A model generated the notes under the pieces. The model was not told the DNA's origin and made no database searches. It saw only the letters and a program-made list of their open reading frames with translations. From Octopus vulgaris (lineage: Eukaryota): a DNA stretch of 64,000 nucleotides. Below are positions 24,316-39,446 of the stretch, piece after piece. The position numbers were made by a program, and so were the translations under genes. The stretch lies in the NCBI GenBank assembly GCA_951406725.2, contig OX597828.1, positions 27,094,001 through 27,158,000 of the forward strand. The letters are read 5' to 3'. Position 1 is the stretch's first letter. Each line of letters begins with the position of its first letter.

Positions 24316-24440
24316 TATATATACATATATATGTACATGTGTGTGTGTGTGTGTGTGTGTGTATCTATCTGTCTGTGTGTATATATTATATCAAAGTTGA
24401 CAGTTTTCACCCTTTGTTAGATGGTACATAGTGTGTGTAT

Positions 24441-24494
<54 letters not shown>

Positions 24495-24820
24495 CAATCA
24501 TCATTGTTGAACGTCCGCTTTCCATGCTAGCATGGGTTGGACGGTTCAACTGGGGTCTGGGAAGCCAGAAGGCTGCACCAGGCCCAGTCTGATCTGGCAG
24601 TGTTTCTATAGCTGGATGCCCTTCCTAACGCCTTCCTAACATATATATAAATTGGGCTTCTCTCAGTTTCCATGTACCAAATTCAATCATAAATCTTTGG
24701 TGAGTTCAAGGCTGTTGTAGAAGTCACTTGCCCAATGTGCCACAGAGTGGGACTGAACCCAGAACCATGTGGTTGGGAAGCAAACTTCTTAACACACACA
24801 CACACAGCCATGCCTGCACC
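24495..24820 (-). mobile_element. Family-B tail followed by a family-C head
   Basis: aacgtccgctttccatgctagc... and gtgggactgaacccagaaccatgtggttg. Confidence 0.75.
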
Positions 24821-25372
24821 CACCTGAGATTCTTATCCTTTAAGTTTTTTTTTTTTTTTTAATAGTTACTTTACTCTATTATAATATTTACATTTATCAT
24901 CATTAAATTATTTTGATTATCACCAACTCATCTTCATCATTTTCTCTGTTATTATTTAATCATAACGATGTTCTTTCAGTGCCTTCTTTTGCTACATTTT
25001 CTTTTTGTGTTTTTGTCTGTAGTCATTAGCTCGTTTTTCTTTTCTTTCTTCCATTGAATATAGGAGTTGTAGTGGTTTCTTGATGTTGGTGTCGTCTGAA
25101 TCTTGGGGGGGGGGGGGAATGTTGGTCATTTATTTACTTATTCAGTCACTAATTTATTTATTTATTACTTTCCCTGGTTTATTTATGTAATTCTTGATGT
25201 TTTCCTATTACACACACACACACACACACACATACACTCACACACGTAAATATATATGCACATACGTGTATGTATGTGTATATATATATATATATTTATA
25301 CACACACCCACACACACACTCTAATATGTATATGTGTGTGTATATCATATGATTTATATGTTATGCAATACA

Positions 25373-25413
<41 letters not shown>

Positions 25414-25475
25414 GCACATACACACACATATATATGCATATATATATATATATGTGCATATATATATATTTGTGC

Positions 25476-25609
<134 letters not shown>

Positions 25610-25708
25610 TTATGTACAATGGTGTGTGTGTGTAATTTTCAAGGATATAATTCATTCATGTCTTGCTTATATGTTATGTGATGTTCTTGTCTATATTTAT
25701 ATCTGTTG

Positions 25709-25752
<44 letters not shown>

Positions 25753-25960
25753 GTAACTTTCAGTTATTTTTTGTATTATTTTACGTTTTTTAATTTTCTA
25801 TCACAATTTCTCAAACATGTTCTCCTTTGTCTTGTTACGTTTTATACATTGTTGCGTAGTTTTTACCTTCACAAAGCTTAGACTTCATTGAAGGCACACT
25901 GTGGTGAGTACTAAATAAGTCATAAACATTAGCAGTGATATATTTATAAACACACACATG

Positions 25961-25992
<32 letters not shown>

Positions 25993-27570
25993 CATACACC
26001 CACACACAAACACACAAATATATATATATATATATATATCCTTCTACCCTGTTCCATCTTGCCCCCCCCCCGTTCCCTTCAACCAAGCTCTTTGGGTGGT
26101 GCTGAGAGGGAAGAAGAAAAAAAAAATTTTTTTTCAATTATTTATTTATTTATAAATTCTTCCCTTGCCTGTCCATTTATTTTTATTATTATTTCCTCTG
26201 TAATTTTTCTTCTTTTTCCATAGTTTTTGCAACTCACTCTATTTATTTATTTTTGTGGGGAGGAGGGAAAAAAAAAAATCATTATTTCTTATACAATTCC
26301 ATCTCTCTTGCCAGTGTCTTCTTTTTTTCCTTTCTGTTGGTTCTTCTCTTGTTCTTTTCCGTATTTCTTAAATTGATATTTATTATTATCATTATTATTT
26401 TTCTTTATATATCTATTTCATATATATATTTGTGTTTATATATACATATACATATATATATATATATATGAAGTTTTGCTTTCTTTTATTTTTGAAAAAA
26501 TCCTTTTTCAATTTTTATTATATTTTTACAATGTTTTATAATTTTGTTTTTGTTTTATTATGTTTTCCAAAACTTTTTCATGCCCAACCCCTCAACCATG
26601 GGAGTGTATCCCTTCTATCCCTCTCCATCTTCAATAAAGGGTGAAGGGCAGTGTTGGAAAGAAAGTTATATAAAGTGTAAATAATCATGTTAATAATAGA
26701 AATAGTAAAATGTAACTACTTATGTATGTATGTGTGTGTGTATAGAGACAGATAAATGTAGATATATATACACACATACCTACACACTATACAAGATTGT
26801 GAAAGAATGAAACAATACAAACGAAAGCAACATCAAGAACAATAAAAATGGTAGCAGCATGAAATGGCATTTTCGTTTGAAATGTAATCAATTTTCTTTG
26901 ACGATTGATCTAGCAGGAAAAAGATTTAGATGAGGTAAAAATTTGGGGCAGGAGAATAAAGACACACCAAAAAAAAAAATAATAATAATAATAATAATAA
27001 AGAAATAAAATAGACAAAAAAATAAAAGCAAACAGTGTAAAACAACAAACAACAAAACAAAAATCCATACAAAGAAAGTAGCTTAAAACAATTGTGTACA
27101 TATATGTATATACATAAGTAATATATAAGTATATATATATATATATATATACATATATAAATGTGTGTATATATATATATCTGTTTATATATATATATAA
27201 GTATATATAAGTATATATATATATCTGTGTGTGTGTGCATACAGATGTATATATAGAAATATATATATATATACATATAAATATAGATATAGATATATGT
27301 TGAAGATACTTTTAAATAAAAAAATATATAAATGTGGTAAAAGTCTAAATGAAAGGAAAGAAATGCATTTGTCAAAGGTTTTTACATTTTCAATGAAAAT
27401 GGGAATTATCAAAGAATTGGATCAATAATGAGTTGTGGTTGTCATTACCATCATCACCATCATCATCATCGGCATTATTGACATCATCATCATCATCATC
27501 ATCATTTTTGTGCCCTTGTGGCCAATAAGGGATTATTATTATTATTGTTGTTGTTATTATTATTATTAGC

Positions 27571-27614
<44 letters not shown>

Positions 27615-27709
27615 CATCAGCATCATTGTAACTATTCTTGTCATTGTTCTTTTATTTATGTTTGTGCATCTATGTGCAATGGATTTATTTCTTTATTTAG
27701 TTTGAATTT

Positions 27710-27741
<32 letters not shown>

Positions 27742-28299
27742 AGTTTGGTGGAGCTGTGTGGGTCGGTATATAGAGAAAACGAGGAGTGCGGTAGGGGGTG
27801 GTGTTATGAGACCGATGTTGTTTCTAAAAACTCTACGAAAACCGTCAGAGTCTGGATGTGTTGATCTGAAGAATACATTTGACAGCTGTAATGTTGATCT
27901 CTTAAGAAACGGCAAAGAGTAATTATGAAGAATGATACATCAAACTCCATCAGAAGAATACATTCTGACACACTAGAGGAAAGTTCTTTATCTTTCTGCA
28001 GATAGATTTCCATTCTTTTAGTTCAAGTTAGGTCTCTATAATTAGGATCAAGAGGTTTTTCAGTAAACAGCTAATTTACTTGTGGATATATATATATATA
28101 TATATATTGTGTGTGTGTGTGTGTGTGTTGGTAAATATGTGTGTAGTATGATGTCAAACAAACAAAACTTTTACTTTAATTCCAATAAAGTTGTGTACCA
28201 TAGTCTTCATAAGCTGGTGTGTGTGTATAGGTATCACTCTTATTAAGTTTCGTTTTTTTTTTGTCTAAATAGATATATATATATATTATATATTAGCAA

Positions 28300-28929
28300 G
28301 GCATAGGAGTGGCTGTGTGGTAAGTAGCTTGCTTACGAACCACATGGTTCCGGTTTCAGTCAAACTGTGTGGCACCTTGGGCAAGTGTCTTCTAGTATAC
28401 CCTCGGGCCGACCAAAGCCTTGTGAGTGGATTTGGTAGACGGAAACTGAAAGAAGCCCGTGGTATATATGTATATATATGTATGTATGATATACAAAAAT
28501 GGGTGAAATATCCAAATAGGCTGAGATTTCGTTATTTTCTTTCTCTTTACCATATACGGATTGCAAATTCTGTTTGTTTATGGAGACTTTTTTACTAGTA
28601 GGAGAAATGGTGACCTATTTGGCTGCCATTTCTAATATTTTCGGTATGTGGTTTTGAGCAACTTGTTGCAATTAACCCTTTATTATGAATAATATATATA
28701 TGTATGTGTATATGTTTGTGTGTCTGTGTTTGTCCCCCCAACATCGCTTGACAACCAATGCTGGTGTGTTTACATCCCCGTAACTTAGCGGTTCAGCGAA
28801 AGAGACCGATAGAATAAGTACTCGACTCACAAAGAATAGGTCCTGGGGTCGATTTGCTTGACTAAAAAGGTGGTGCTCCAGCATGGCCACAGTCAAATGA
28901 CTGGAACAAGTAAAAGAGTAAAGAGAGTA
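28300..28929 (+). mobile_element. SINE family C with a ~200-bp insertion (28490-28690) in its TA run
   Basis: Head and tail colinear with the 18953 and 56100 copies. Confidence 0.85.
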
Positions 28930-28993
28930 TGTTACTTAAGCATAACCAATGAGAAAATCAGAATATTGAAACTAGACGCAGAGTTTGATATAC

Positions 28994-29027
<34 letters not shown>

Positions 29028-29386
29028 TTGTGTTGAGTATGTTCCTAGTAGTTAGCCAGTGGAGGACGTTCACTGTCTATGGCTACCTGGCATAATCCAC
29101 AGTATTTGCACAATTGTCGCTGGATCTGTCTCAGGAATTCCTCAGCGTATGTTGAGAATATTACAAATGGTAGAGGCAGAAAACGGAATATAGAAGAAAC
29201 AGCATAAAAGTACTCATGTTAATATCATGTGCCAACAATATAAACACTCACAAGGCTATATGAGGTCCTCCCCTGGTAAATTACACATTATTCTGTGTTG
29301 TAACACAACATCTGTTTCAAGTGGGAGATAAATATTACCTCTTGATATTAGTACTGCTTCTGTTACTACTAATTATATATAATTGC

Positions 29387-29417
<31 letters not shown>

Positions 29418-29676
29418 CACACATACACACATATATATGCACATATACATACAGATATATACACACACATATATACAGACATACATATATATCAAGTTGA
29501 TTAAAGAGGAAGCAATATTTTGAACTATGAAGAATTTGTACTGGATTTTTACAGAGTTTTGAATTATTTTTAAACATTTTTTTGCAATTATCTGATAATA
29601 TAGACATAGACTTGCCCAAATGCATCAATAAATTAACATTGATAATTTTTTAAAAATTTTGTTACAATCATCTGAA

Positions 29677-30196
29677 ATGGAATTGTCAAAGTGTGATGTT
29701 CGAGCAATTTTGCTATTCAACTTCAAAAAAGGGCGTAAAGCAGCTGAAACTGCTCACAATATCAACAAAGCATTTGGTGAGGAATGACCAGGTAGTGGTC
29801 AGCTCAAAAATGGTTTAAACGATTTTGCAGCGGAGACCTGAACCTCGAAGGCTGTGCGCATAGTGGACGCCCATCTGTCATTTATGATGGTTAATTAAAT
29901 ACCGTCATTGAGAAAGATCCATGTAAGACCGCTCGAGAACTGGCAAAAGAACTTCAAGTTACTCAGAAAACTGCCTGCAACAATTTGCATGCGATCGGAA
30001 AATTAAAAGTGGCTTGACAAATAGGTACCACACGATTTGAATGAAATTTGCTTGTCACTTCTCTGTAACCAGACCGATCCATTTTTCGACCATATTGTAA
30101 CTTGTGATGAGAAGTGGATTCTGCACAATAACAAAAAAAAAAAAAATTCTTCGCAGTGGTCGGACCAAAATTAAGTGCCAAAAACCTTCCCTAAAC
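29677..30196 (+). pseudogene. Decayed mariner transposase (N-terminal half)
   Basis: MELSKCDVRAILLFNFKKGRKAAETAHNINKAFG..WFKRF..SGRP..RELAKEL..IVTCDEKWI with frameshifts and stops. Confidence 0.9.
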
Positions 30197-30969
30197 ACTT
30201 CAAAAGAAGGTTTTGGTGGTGTAAAAAGCACTCAGTCCACTCTGCTGAGTGGTTGGTGTTAGGAAGAGCATCCATCCGTAAAAGCTATACTAAAACAGAC
30301 GCAAACATCTGGTGCAGTTTTCAGCCTGGCCCACTCTTCTCAAACTGCCCAACCCATGCCAGCATGGAAAACAGACATTCATTGACGATGATGATGATGA
30401 TGATGTAATAATCTTACACATGCACGTGTATAAAACATGCATCTGTATGTCTGTTTGTATTTATATATGCTCAACTCTTTATTATATAATATTTGAGTGC
30501 ATTTAATACTGACGTGTGTGTCTGTGTGTGTGCATGGGTTATGACAGGAACAGACAAAGAGAGAAAAAAAGAAGAAAAAGAGCTGGTAAAATTACTTTAA
30601 TTAAACATGTTAAGTATTTTGTTTGTAATTTTATTTTTTTTGTTTTTTATGTGAAGTCATGTACTTTTCTCTCTGCTTCCATATATGTATAATATATTCT
30701 TTGCTTCTCCTCCGCTGTCCTTTTATTTCATGGTAGATTACTGCAGATATTGTCAAATGTTTATAGTTGTTTGAGTATTTCTACTTTTAATTAATATTTT
30801 CAATGTAATCTTACTGCTAGCTTTCTAATATCATGTTATCCGTCAGTTGTTATTAATTCAAATGTCTGCTTTCCCTTAGATTGCTATCCTCTAGGAAAAA
30901 TTAATTAAGACATTCATCAACCCACTTTTCCTTTTTATTGAAAACACACACACACACACATACATTTAG

Positions 30970-31611
<642 letters not shown>

Positions 31612-32577
31612 ATATTATCATCATCATCATCATTTTAAGTGTCTGCTTTTTCGTGCTTGCATGTGTTGGATGGTGTTTGTTGAGGCAGATTTCCTATAGT
31701 CAGGTGCTGTTGCTGTCGCCAACACTTACCTGGTTCCCAGCAAGGTAATACTTACCCCACGGCCAGTCATGATCTTGCAGAATAGTGGATATGAATGACG
31801 CTGCTTGTATGAGAGTGACACTCATTTACTGCTATCATGCAATATCTGGACAAGGAGACACATGCATGCCACACATCCACACACACATATATATACATAT
31901 ATGTGTATGCATATATGATGAGCTTTCTTCGGTTTCTGTCTACCAGATCCACTCGCAAGACTTTGGTTGGCCTGACACTATAACACAAGACACTTGCCTG
32001 AGGTACCACACAGTGGGACTGAACCCAGATCCGAGTGGCTGAGAAGCAAACTTATTAGTCTGACAGCCATGCTTCTGTATCTAAATATATCAAAACAAAG
32101 AGAGATTAATTAGGGATTAGTAATCTAGGCAAAATACTTCTTAAAGTTTTGTGTATATCTCATCATTTAATGCACTGCTTCCAAACTGGTCAGCTTTTGT
32201 CAAAATGTCTGACTGAAGCCAACATGGAAGGAGGACATTCAATGACGAGGATGACCCCCCCCCTTTCTTGGTTTCTCTTTATATCATCCTAATCGTCACC
32301 TTCAGCATTTTGATGTCAGCTTATTCTTTGCTTCCATGGACCATACGAAACTTGTTGCAACTGATTTTCTTTTGAGAGATGCACCTAAATGTTTGCTCAT
32401 CCAATAATCAGACTGTTTTCTCTTCAATGGCCTGTCAGTTTTGGAGAAATTCTTAATTCCTGAGATAATCTTCTCATTTGAAGTTGGTCCCTTTTGCCAC
32501 CAAGCCATTTACCCCATTTATCCTTAAAAATGGAAATAACTACAATAAATGAAGAATCTTTCTTGCATAGTATTTAA

Positions 32578-32798
32578 CCCTTTTGCTACCGTATTTATTT
32601 TGAGATGATCTGTGTTTCTTTCAATTATTTTAAATGTAACAAAGAATTTAGTAAAATAACTTAGTTATCATTAAGCTAGTGTTAGGAACATAAATTGTGA
32701 CTAAGATTTAGTGGAAGATTTTAATTGAAAACTTAGGAAAGGAAGACATTTATACTACAGAGCCAAAGCCGGTTTTAGCCGGGTTGGTAACGAAAGGG
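32578..32798 (+). mobile_element. TTAA-flanked MITE (piggyBac-type)
   Basis: TTAA|cccttttgctacc ... ggtaacgaaaggg|TTAA. Confidence 0.9.
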
Positions 32799-33212
32799 TT
32801 AATACTCTTTGTTGTTGAAATACTTGCCAGCAGCCATTCTGAGTTGGTTTTTTAAGCTAATTTTCATTGCATATATACATTACATAACTTGTGGCTTTTT
32901 AAAAAAAAATTTTTTATTTGTTGGTCTGCAGCCCTGTTGGGGAACCAACTTGAAGGGTTGTAGTCAAACAAATCAATGCAGAACTTCTTTTGTAAGTTTG
33001 CTTCTAAACTATTGCTTTCTGTTGCTAAACCATCAAGTTTCAGAAACATAAACAAACCAACACCGTTTGCTGAGTGTTGCTGGAGGCAAACACAGACACA
33101 ATGACATTTGCATAGACATACACATATGCACAACACGCTTCTGCACTATTGCTTATGTTTGTATAATTCTGTGTATATTGTTATGCGTGTGTATATCTAT
33201 ATATAGTTCTGT

Positions 33213-33588
33213 GTGGAGGTGCTATGGCCCAGTGGTTAGGGCAGCGGAGTCGCGGTCATAGGATCGCAGTTTCGATTCCCGGACCGGGTGTTGTGAGTGT
33301 TTATTGCACGAAAACACTTAAACCTCCACAAGACTCTGGCAGGGGATGTCGATGGACCCTGCTGTACTCTTTCTCTCACACTTTCTTCTGTTTCTGTTGT
33401 ACCTGTATTTCAAAGGGCCAGCCATGTCACACTCTGTGTCACACTGAATCTCCCTGAGAACTACATTAAAGGTACAAGTGTCTGTGGAGTGCTCAGCCAC
33501 TTGCACGTTAATTTCACGAGCTGGCTGTTCCATTGATTAGATCAACTGGAACCCTCTTCGTCGTAACCGACGGAGTGCCACGAGAGAG
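33213..33588 (+). mobile_element. SINE family A, full length, 12-bp TSD
   Basis: TSD atatagttctgt at 33201-33212 and 33589-33600; A and B boxes in the head. Confidence 0.92.
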
Positions 33589-34657
33589 ATATAGTTCTGT
33601 ATCAATTGGTGTGTATGTATATATATATATCATCATCATCATTGTTTGGTTGGTCAGATGAAATTTTATCAAGTCAGATTTTTCTGCAGTAGAACGTTCT
33701 TCATGTCCCCAACCTTCTCCTGTTTCCAAGTAAAGTAATATCTTTCATATTCTTCCCAACAAAACCAGCTCAGTTGAGAGACATGTGTTCACAGAGATGT
33801 GCAAACAACACTGCCTGTATGATCATGACACTCGTTTACAATTAGTGCCTGAGGTGAAGGCAAGGACACTTTAGCATACATGTAAATATGTTCGTACATG
33901 CATGTACACACACATGCTTCCACACACACACACATATGTGTGCGCATATGTGTGTTGAGCTTCTTTCAGTTTCTGTCCACTGAATCTACATGCTACGTTT
34001 TGGTCAGCTCCAGTCCTATAGTAGGCAATTTCTGTCAAACATTCTGCTTATTTCTTCACATTGCCTGGCACTAATCATGCATTATCTCAAAGCTTTGAGA
34101 TTTTAATCATGTGACAGCTTTGTTTCTCCAATGGCATTGTAGGGTGGGTATGAGATGTTGGATTTAACCAGTTTCAATATAAAAAGGATAGAATATTTGG
34201 GTTAGATATGGCTAGCTAAATGGGTCTAGATGCCATACAGTGAGACCGAAACCAAAATTACGTGGCTACAAATTTCTGAAATTCACGGTCTTTGCCTGAA
34301 CTTTTATATGTACGTACATATGTACTTAGAGTTTCCAAGCTAGCGACCTCTCATTTACCTATAGATGTATATGTAGTTATCTATCAATTTCTTTGTCTAT
34401 GTAAATAGATATGCGTGTGTGTATGTGTGTATCTGTTCATCATTCTGTCTACTGAAAGGCCTAAGGCAATGGGAAAGCGATGGTGACATGTGTAAACCCA
34501 ACCATTTGGAAGTGGACAGTCACATCTTACATCTGTTACTTATGCTCGAAAACAGGCAGAGCTGCAACAGGATTGAATAGTCATCTGAGAGGTCATGGAT
34601 GGAAAGTCAAAAATTCTGTTGAAGAGGAAGCACAAGGGGATGACAATCACCTGTTAA

Positions 34658-34878
34658 CCCTTTCGATATCAACCTGCCCGAAACCGCCTCTGACTTTGTA
34701 GTACAAATGTCTCGTTTTCAAAAGTTCTGAATTAAAATCTTCCACCAAACCTTAGTCACAATTTATATTCCTAACACTAGCTTAATGATAACTAAGTTAT
34801 TGTACTAAATTCTTTGTTATATTTAAAGTAATTGAAAGAACTACAGAGCACCTCAAAATAAATACGGTAACAAAAGGG
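34658..34878 (-). mobile_element. TTAA-flanked MITE (piggyBac-type)
   Basis: TTAA|ccctttcgat ... gtaacaaaaggg|TTAA; reverse orientation to the 2930 copy. Confidence 0.9.
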
Positions 34879-35313
34879 TTAAGATAGAGCTCTGTGTGTG
34901 TTTGTATTATATATTTCTATGCATGTCTCAATACAAGAACATATATGGTAAGATATAGCGTTTCCAAACATGAATATGTGTTTGCGTGTTTGTGTAGATA
35001 TGCCTGTGCACGCACATGTGTGTCTGCGTATTTATGCACACACACATACACACACACACATGGTTCTATCTCTTTCTGTGGATGTGTATTCATCGCTTAC
35101 GAATGTTTCAAAAACTTGTTCCTTTTGACGGAATTAAAAAACAACATTTATTCCAAAGTGCAACTGTTGCGATTTCGAAATTTTATTCGAGGCTTGTTTG
35201 GCTTATTGATCTCCGATTTCGGACAATCTATTGAACAAGACTGTCATAACAATAGATGTGGCAAGGAAGCTTTTACATTCCTGCTGCGTATTCTTACATA
35301 TTGTTTACATTCG

Positions 35314-35388
<75 letters not shown>

Positions 35389-35417
35389 AAGTAGATAAAT
35401 GGTACAACAAGGCACCA

Positions 35418-35449
<32 letters not shown>

Positions 35450-35528
35450 TCACCTACATATATATATATATATATATATATACATACACATACATGTATG
35501 TGTGTACATATATGTATTTGCATCTATA

Positions 35529-35565
<37 letters not shown>

Positions 35566-35687
35566 CATATATATACAAACACATACACACATATATATAT
35601 ATATATATATGTTTGTATATGTATATATGAGTATACATGCAAATACATATATATATATATATATGTACATATATATGTGTGTATATA

Positions 35688-35763
<76 letters not shown>

Positions 35764-36476
35764 CACATGTATATATATGTGTTTTTGTGCTTGAATGTTA
35801 ATGTTTGTGTGTGTGTGTTTATAAATATATTATACACACCTGTCATCTGAGAGTGTGTTCTGAATATATATATGTATATATATATGTGTGAGTATGGATG
35901 TCACATCGTATAAGAGTAAAGCCGCCATGTGATGCCACAATCTGGATGTGCTTGTGTGTTTTTGCTGGAGAGTAGATTAACAGTTTCATCTTTTGAATGT
36001 GTCTTAGAGTGATAGTTTTTCAATTTAGTGTAGATAAGACAAATAGAGACAAGAATAATTATATATTTACACACGTGCCCACTCACCCACTCTGATTTGT
36101 CTATGTATACACATGTGTGTGTGTGTGTGTGTGTGTGTTATATGTTCCATCAAACATATACAAACATGGGTGAAATGTTTGTAAATGACAATGTTGCAAT
36201 ATGTATGTTTATTTTCTCGAGCATGCACACACACACACACTTACACATGCATATATGTGTGTGTTTTAGACTGTTGTGTGTGTGTGTGTGTGTGTGCATT
36301 ATTTATTTAAGCTCACAATTATGTGTCTGTATGTGTGTGTACATTTATATAAATATATATATATATACATCTTTGTGTGTGTGTATACATGCACATACAT
36401 GCACACACACATTCATACATAGATATATATGTACATACATTCATATATGTACACCTACATATATACATATACATTC

Positions 36477-36525
<49 letters not shown>

Positions 36526-36700
36526 CTAATATATGTATATTTACTTATATATGTATGTTCACTTAGTCTTCTGTGTTTCTATTTTTCGTTATACATACAT
36601 GCAAACAATGTACATGCATGACCATGCATTAATGCATATAAAAATGTACACATGCAAATACATAAACGCATACACGCACATATGTATGCATGTATCTATA

Positions 36701-36772
<72 letters not shown>

Positions 36773-36781
36773 TATATACAC

Positions 36782-36826
<45 letters not shown>

Positions 36827-37358
36827 CATATATATATATACACACACACACAAATACATATATATATATATGTTTGTATGTGTATATGTATGTATTTATA
36901 TCTGCATGTATGAATTTTCACACCAATACATGCATATTGAAACAAGATAATCGGATGGCATCCACCAATGTTGATGCATTCGTCTTTGACTGAAAGAGTT
37001 CCTTCTATAGCTCTTCTGTTCCTTCAGAATGAGTGTTTTAGAATTTTTTAACAAAGCTTTTCTCAGTCTTTTAATCCATTTTAGCAGTTTATCGCGCATA
37101 TGTTTATCACATCATCACCTCTCTGTATTATTCATGTATATTATCACACGTTAACACCATAATTCTTTGCAATATGTCAACGTATTTTCGCATTTTTTTT
37201 CCAAACTCCTGTGTTTCTCGACCATTGTTGGAATTCATTGTTATTACGCCTCACTGTTATCCTTATCGTTTTGCTGCTTCTTCATGATTTTAATACCTGT
37301 TATTTCTGTTTGGTATAAATTGCGTGTGTGTGAATATATGTGTATATATACACACATG

Positions 37359-37419
<61 letters not shown>

Positions 37420-37426
<7 letters not shown>

Positions 37427-37633
37427 TATATCTTTACATATGTGCATGCTTATATATATATATATATGCATATATCTTTACATATGTGCATGCTTATATA
37501 TATATATATATGCATATATCTTTACATATGTGCATGCTTATATATATATATATATATGCATATATCTTTACATATGTGCATGCTTATATATATATATATA
37601 TGCATATATCTTTACATATGTGCATGCTTATAT
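37420..37633 (+). repeat. Minisatellite, 5 units of tgcatatatctttacatatgtgcatgct(ta)n
   Basis: Direct reading; unit ~44-46 bp. Confidence 0.9.
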
Positions 37634-37740
37634 TTTTTGTATATGTCTTATATATATATGTTTGTATATATATATGTATGTTTGTATATACATATGTATA
37701 TATGTATTAGTTTCTATATGTGTTTATATATACATATGTT

Positions 37741-37777
<37 letters not shown>

Positions 37778-38180
37778 TTATGTATATGTATACGTATACA
37801 CATGTATATATATATATATACTTACATACATATATGTATATTCATGTGTGTATATATATATATATATGTATATATACACATATACTCATGTGCTTGTGTG
37901 TATATACGTTATGCATCATGTCTCTCTGTCTCCCTCTCAACCATGTGTCTGTCATTTCATCTATTGAGTGAGTGAAATTTAGAAATCCTGTTATGGAAGG
38001 CAAATGATTGGTTCGTTAAACATATTTCGTGGATCCTTCATTAGTTACAGTGATGAAACTACCTTCACACTCATTAAATTAACACATGTACAAAGCTGAC
38101 CCTTTGAATTACTGGTACATTCCATCTGATAGTCTTCCACCTGTCTACATTTACTTTACATCTCCCACCATTTACTTTAC

Positions 38181-38400
38181 AAGGCAGGGAGCTGGCAGAA
38201 TCATTTGCACCCCGGGTGAAATGCTTAGTATTGTTTCATCTGTCTTTATGTTCTGAGTTCAAATTCCACCGAGCTCAACTTTCCCTTTTATTCTTTCGGG
38301 GTCAATAAATTAAGTATCAGTTGCGTAATGGGGGCGATCTAATCGACTGCCCCCTCCCCCAAAATTTAGGGCCTTGTGACTAGATTAATAAAGAATATAT
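38181..38400 (+). mobile_element. SINE family D
   Basis: aaggcagggagctggcagaatc...ctgagttcaaattcc...ctttcggggtcaataaa. Confidence 0.85.
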
Positions 38401-38497
38401 ATTTATTGGGTGGCACAGCTCTACACTGCTTGAAGGGCCACATCATACTTATGAGCTTCATTTTACACACACACACACACACACACACATATAGAGA

Positions 38498-38831
38498 GTG
38501 ACCCCTTTGGTCATGAGTGACCATGGGTTTGCACCCAGTAAGTTACCCCTCGAGGCACAAGTCCAGGCAAGGTTGTTTATGGAAGACCAGCAGTCGCTCA
38601 AGCATACCAGCCTCCCCTCTCCACACCACTGGTGTTATCCAAGCGAAAGGCAAAGGGGCCAATACTGCTTGGCACCTGTGACGTTGCAACTCATTTCTAC
38701 AGCTGAGTGAACTGGAGCAATGTGAAACAAAGAGTCTTGCTCATGAACACAACATGCAGCCCAGTCCGGGAATCACACTCGCAACCTCATGATCGTAAGC
38801 TCGACGCTCTAACCACTGAGCCATGCACCTT
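38498..38831 (-). mobile_element. SINE family E, full length
   Basis: Head aggtgcatggctcagtggttagagcgtcgagcttacgatc; body matches the 17548 copy. Confidence 0.88.
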
Positions 38832-38832
38832 C

Positions 38833-38890
<58 letters not shown>

Positions 38891-38919
38891 GTTACATAGA
38901 TAGATAGATAGATAGATAG

Positions 38920-39346
38920 ATAAAACTTACTTGGAAAAGGATGTGTGGCATTCGATCATACAATAATATAGATAATCTATAAATATATACATACTTATAT
39001 ATGTACATACCTACATATATATGTATATATGGATGCATATATGTGTACAGGACATTAAAAAAACGTTGAACACAATGAGAAACAAAAAGATAATAACAAA
39101 AAATAGAAAATGAACTTTTTATTTGAACAATGAAAAAATCAAGCAGAGAAACGAGACATATAACATAAAGAATATTCCCCTTCATCAGTTGTCCCTGTTT
39201 CATCTACTCCATGTTATGAAGGCAAGTACAATATGCAACTTCGTTGAAACAGTCCTTCCCACAAAGCAAATTAAATAAAATTTGGGAATTTTTTGGGGGA
39301 GGGTGAATGTGGTAACAACAACAGGACAGTGTGATCAAAACAGTAA
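38920..39346 (-). mobile_element. Third copy of the 729-nt-unit family, with decayed permuted HHR (39177-39238)
   Basis: Colinear with 22020-22308 and then with 21511-21690. Confidence 0.8.
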
Positions 39347-39414
39347 TATATATATACACATACACACACATACAGTGTTTGTGTGTGTGCTCGTATCATG
39401 AGTGTATATATAGT

Positions 39415-39446
<32 letters not shown>

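Noticed and set aside
33215-33290. tRNA gene-like sequences (also 1785-1856, 24167-24235, 38760-38831, 56100-56170)
   Set aside because: They are SINE heads continuous with SINE bodies; no convincing acceptor stem or poly-T terminator.
37420-37633. Regular repeats resembling a CRISPR array
   Set aside because: Spacers are only (TA)n, there are no cas genes, and the context is eukaryotic; it is a minisatellite.
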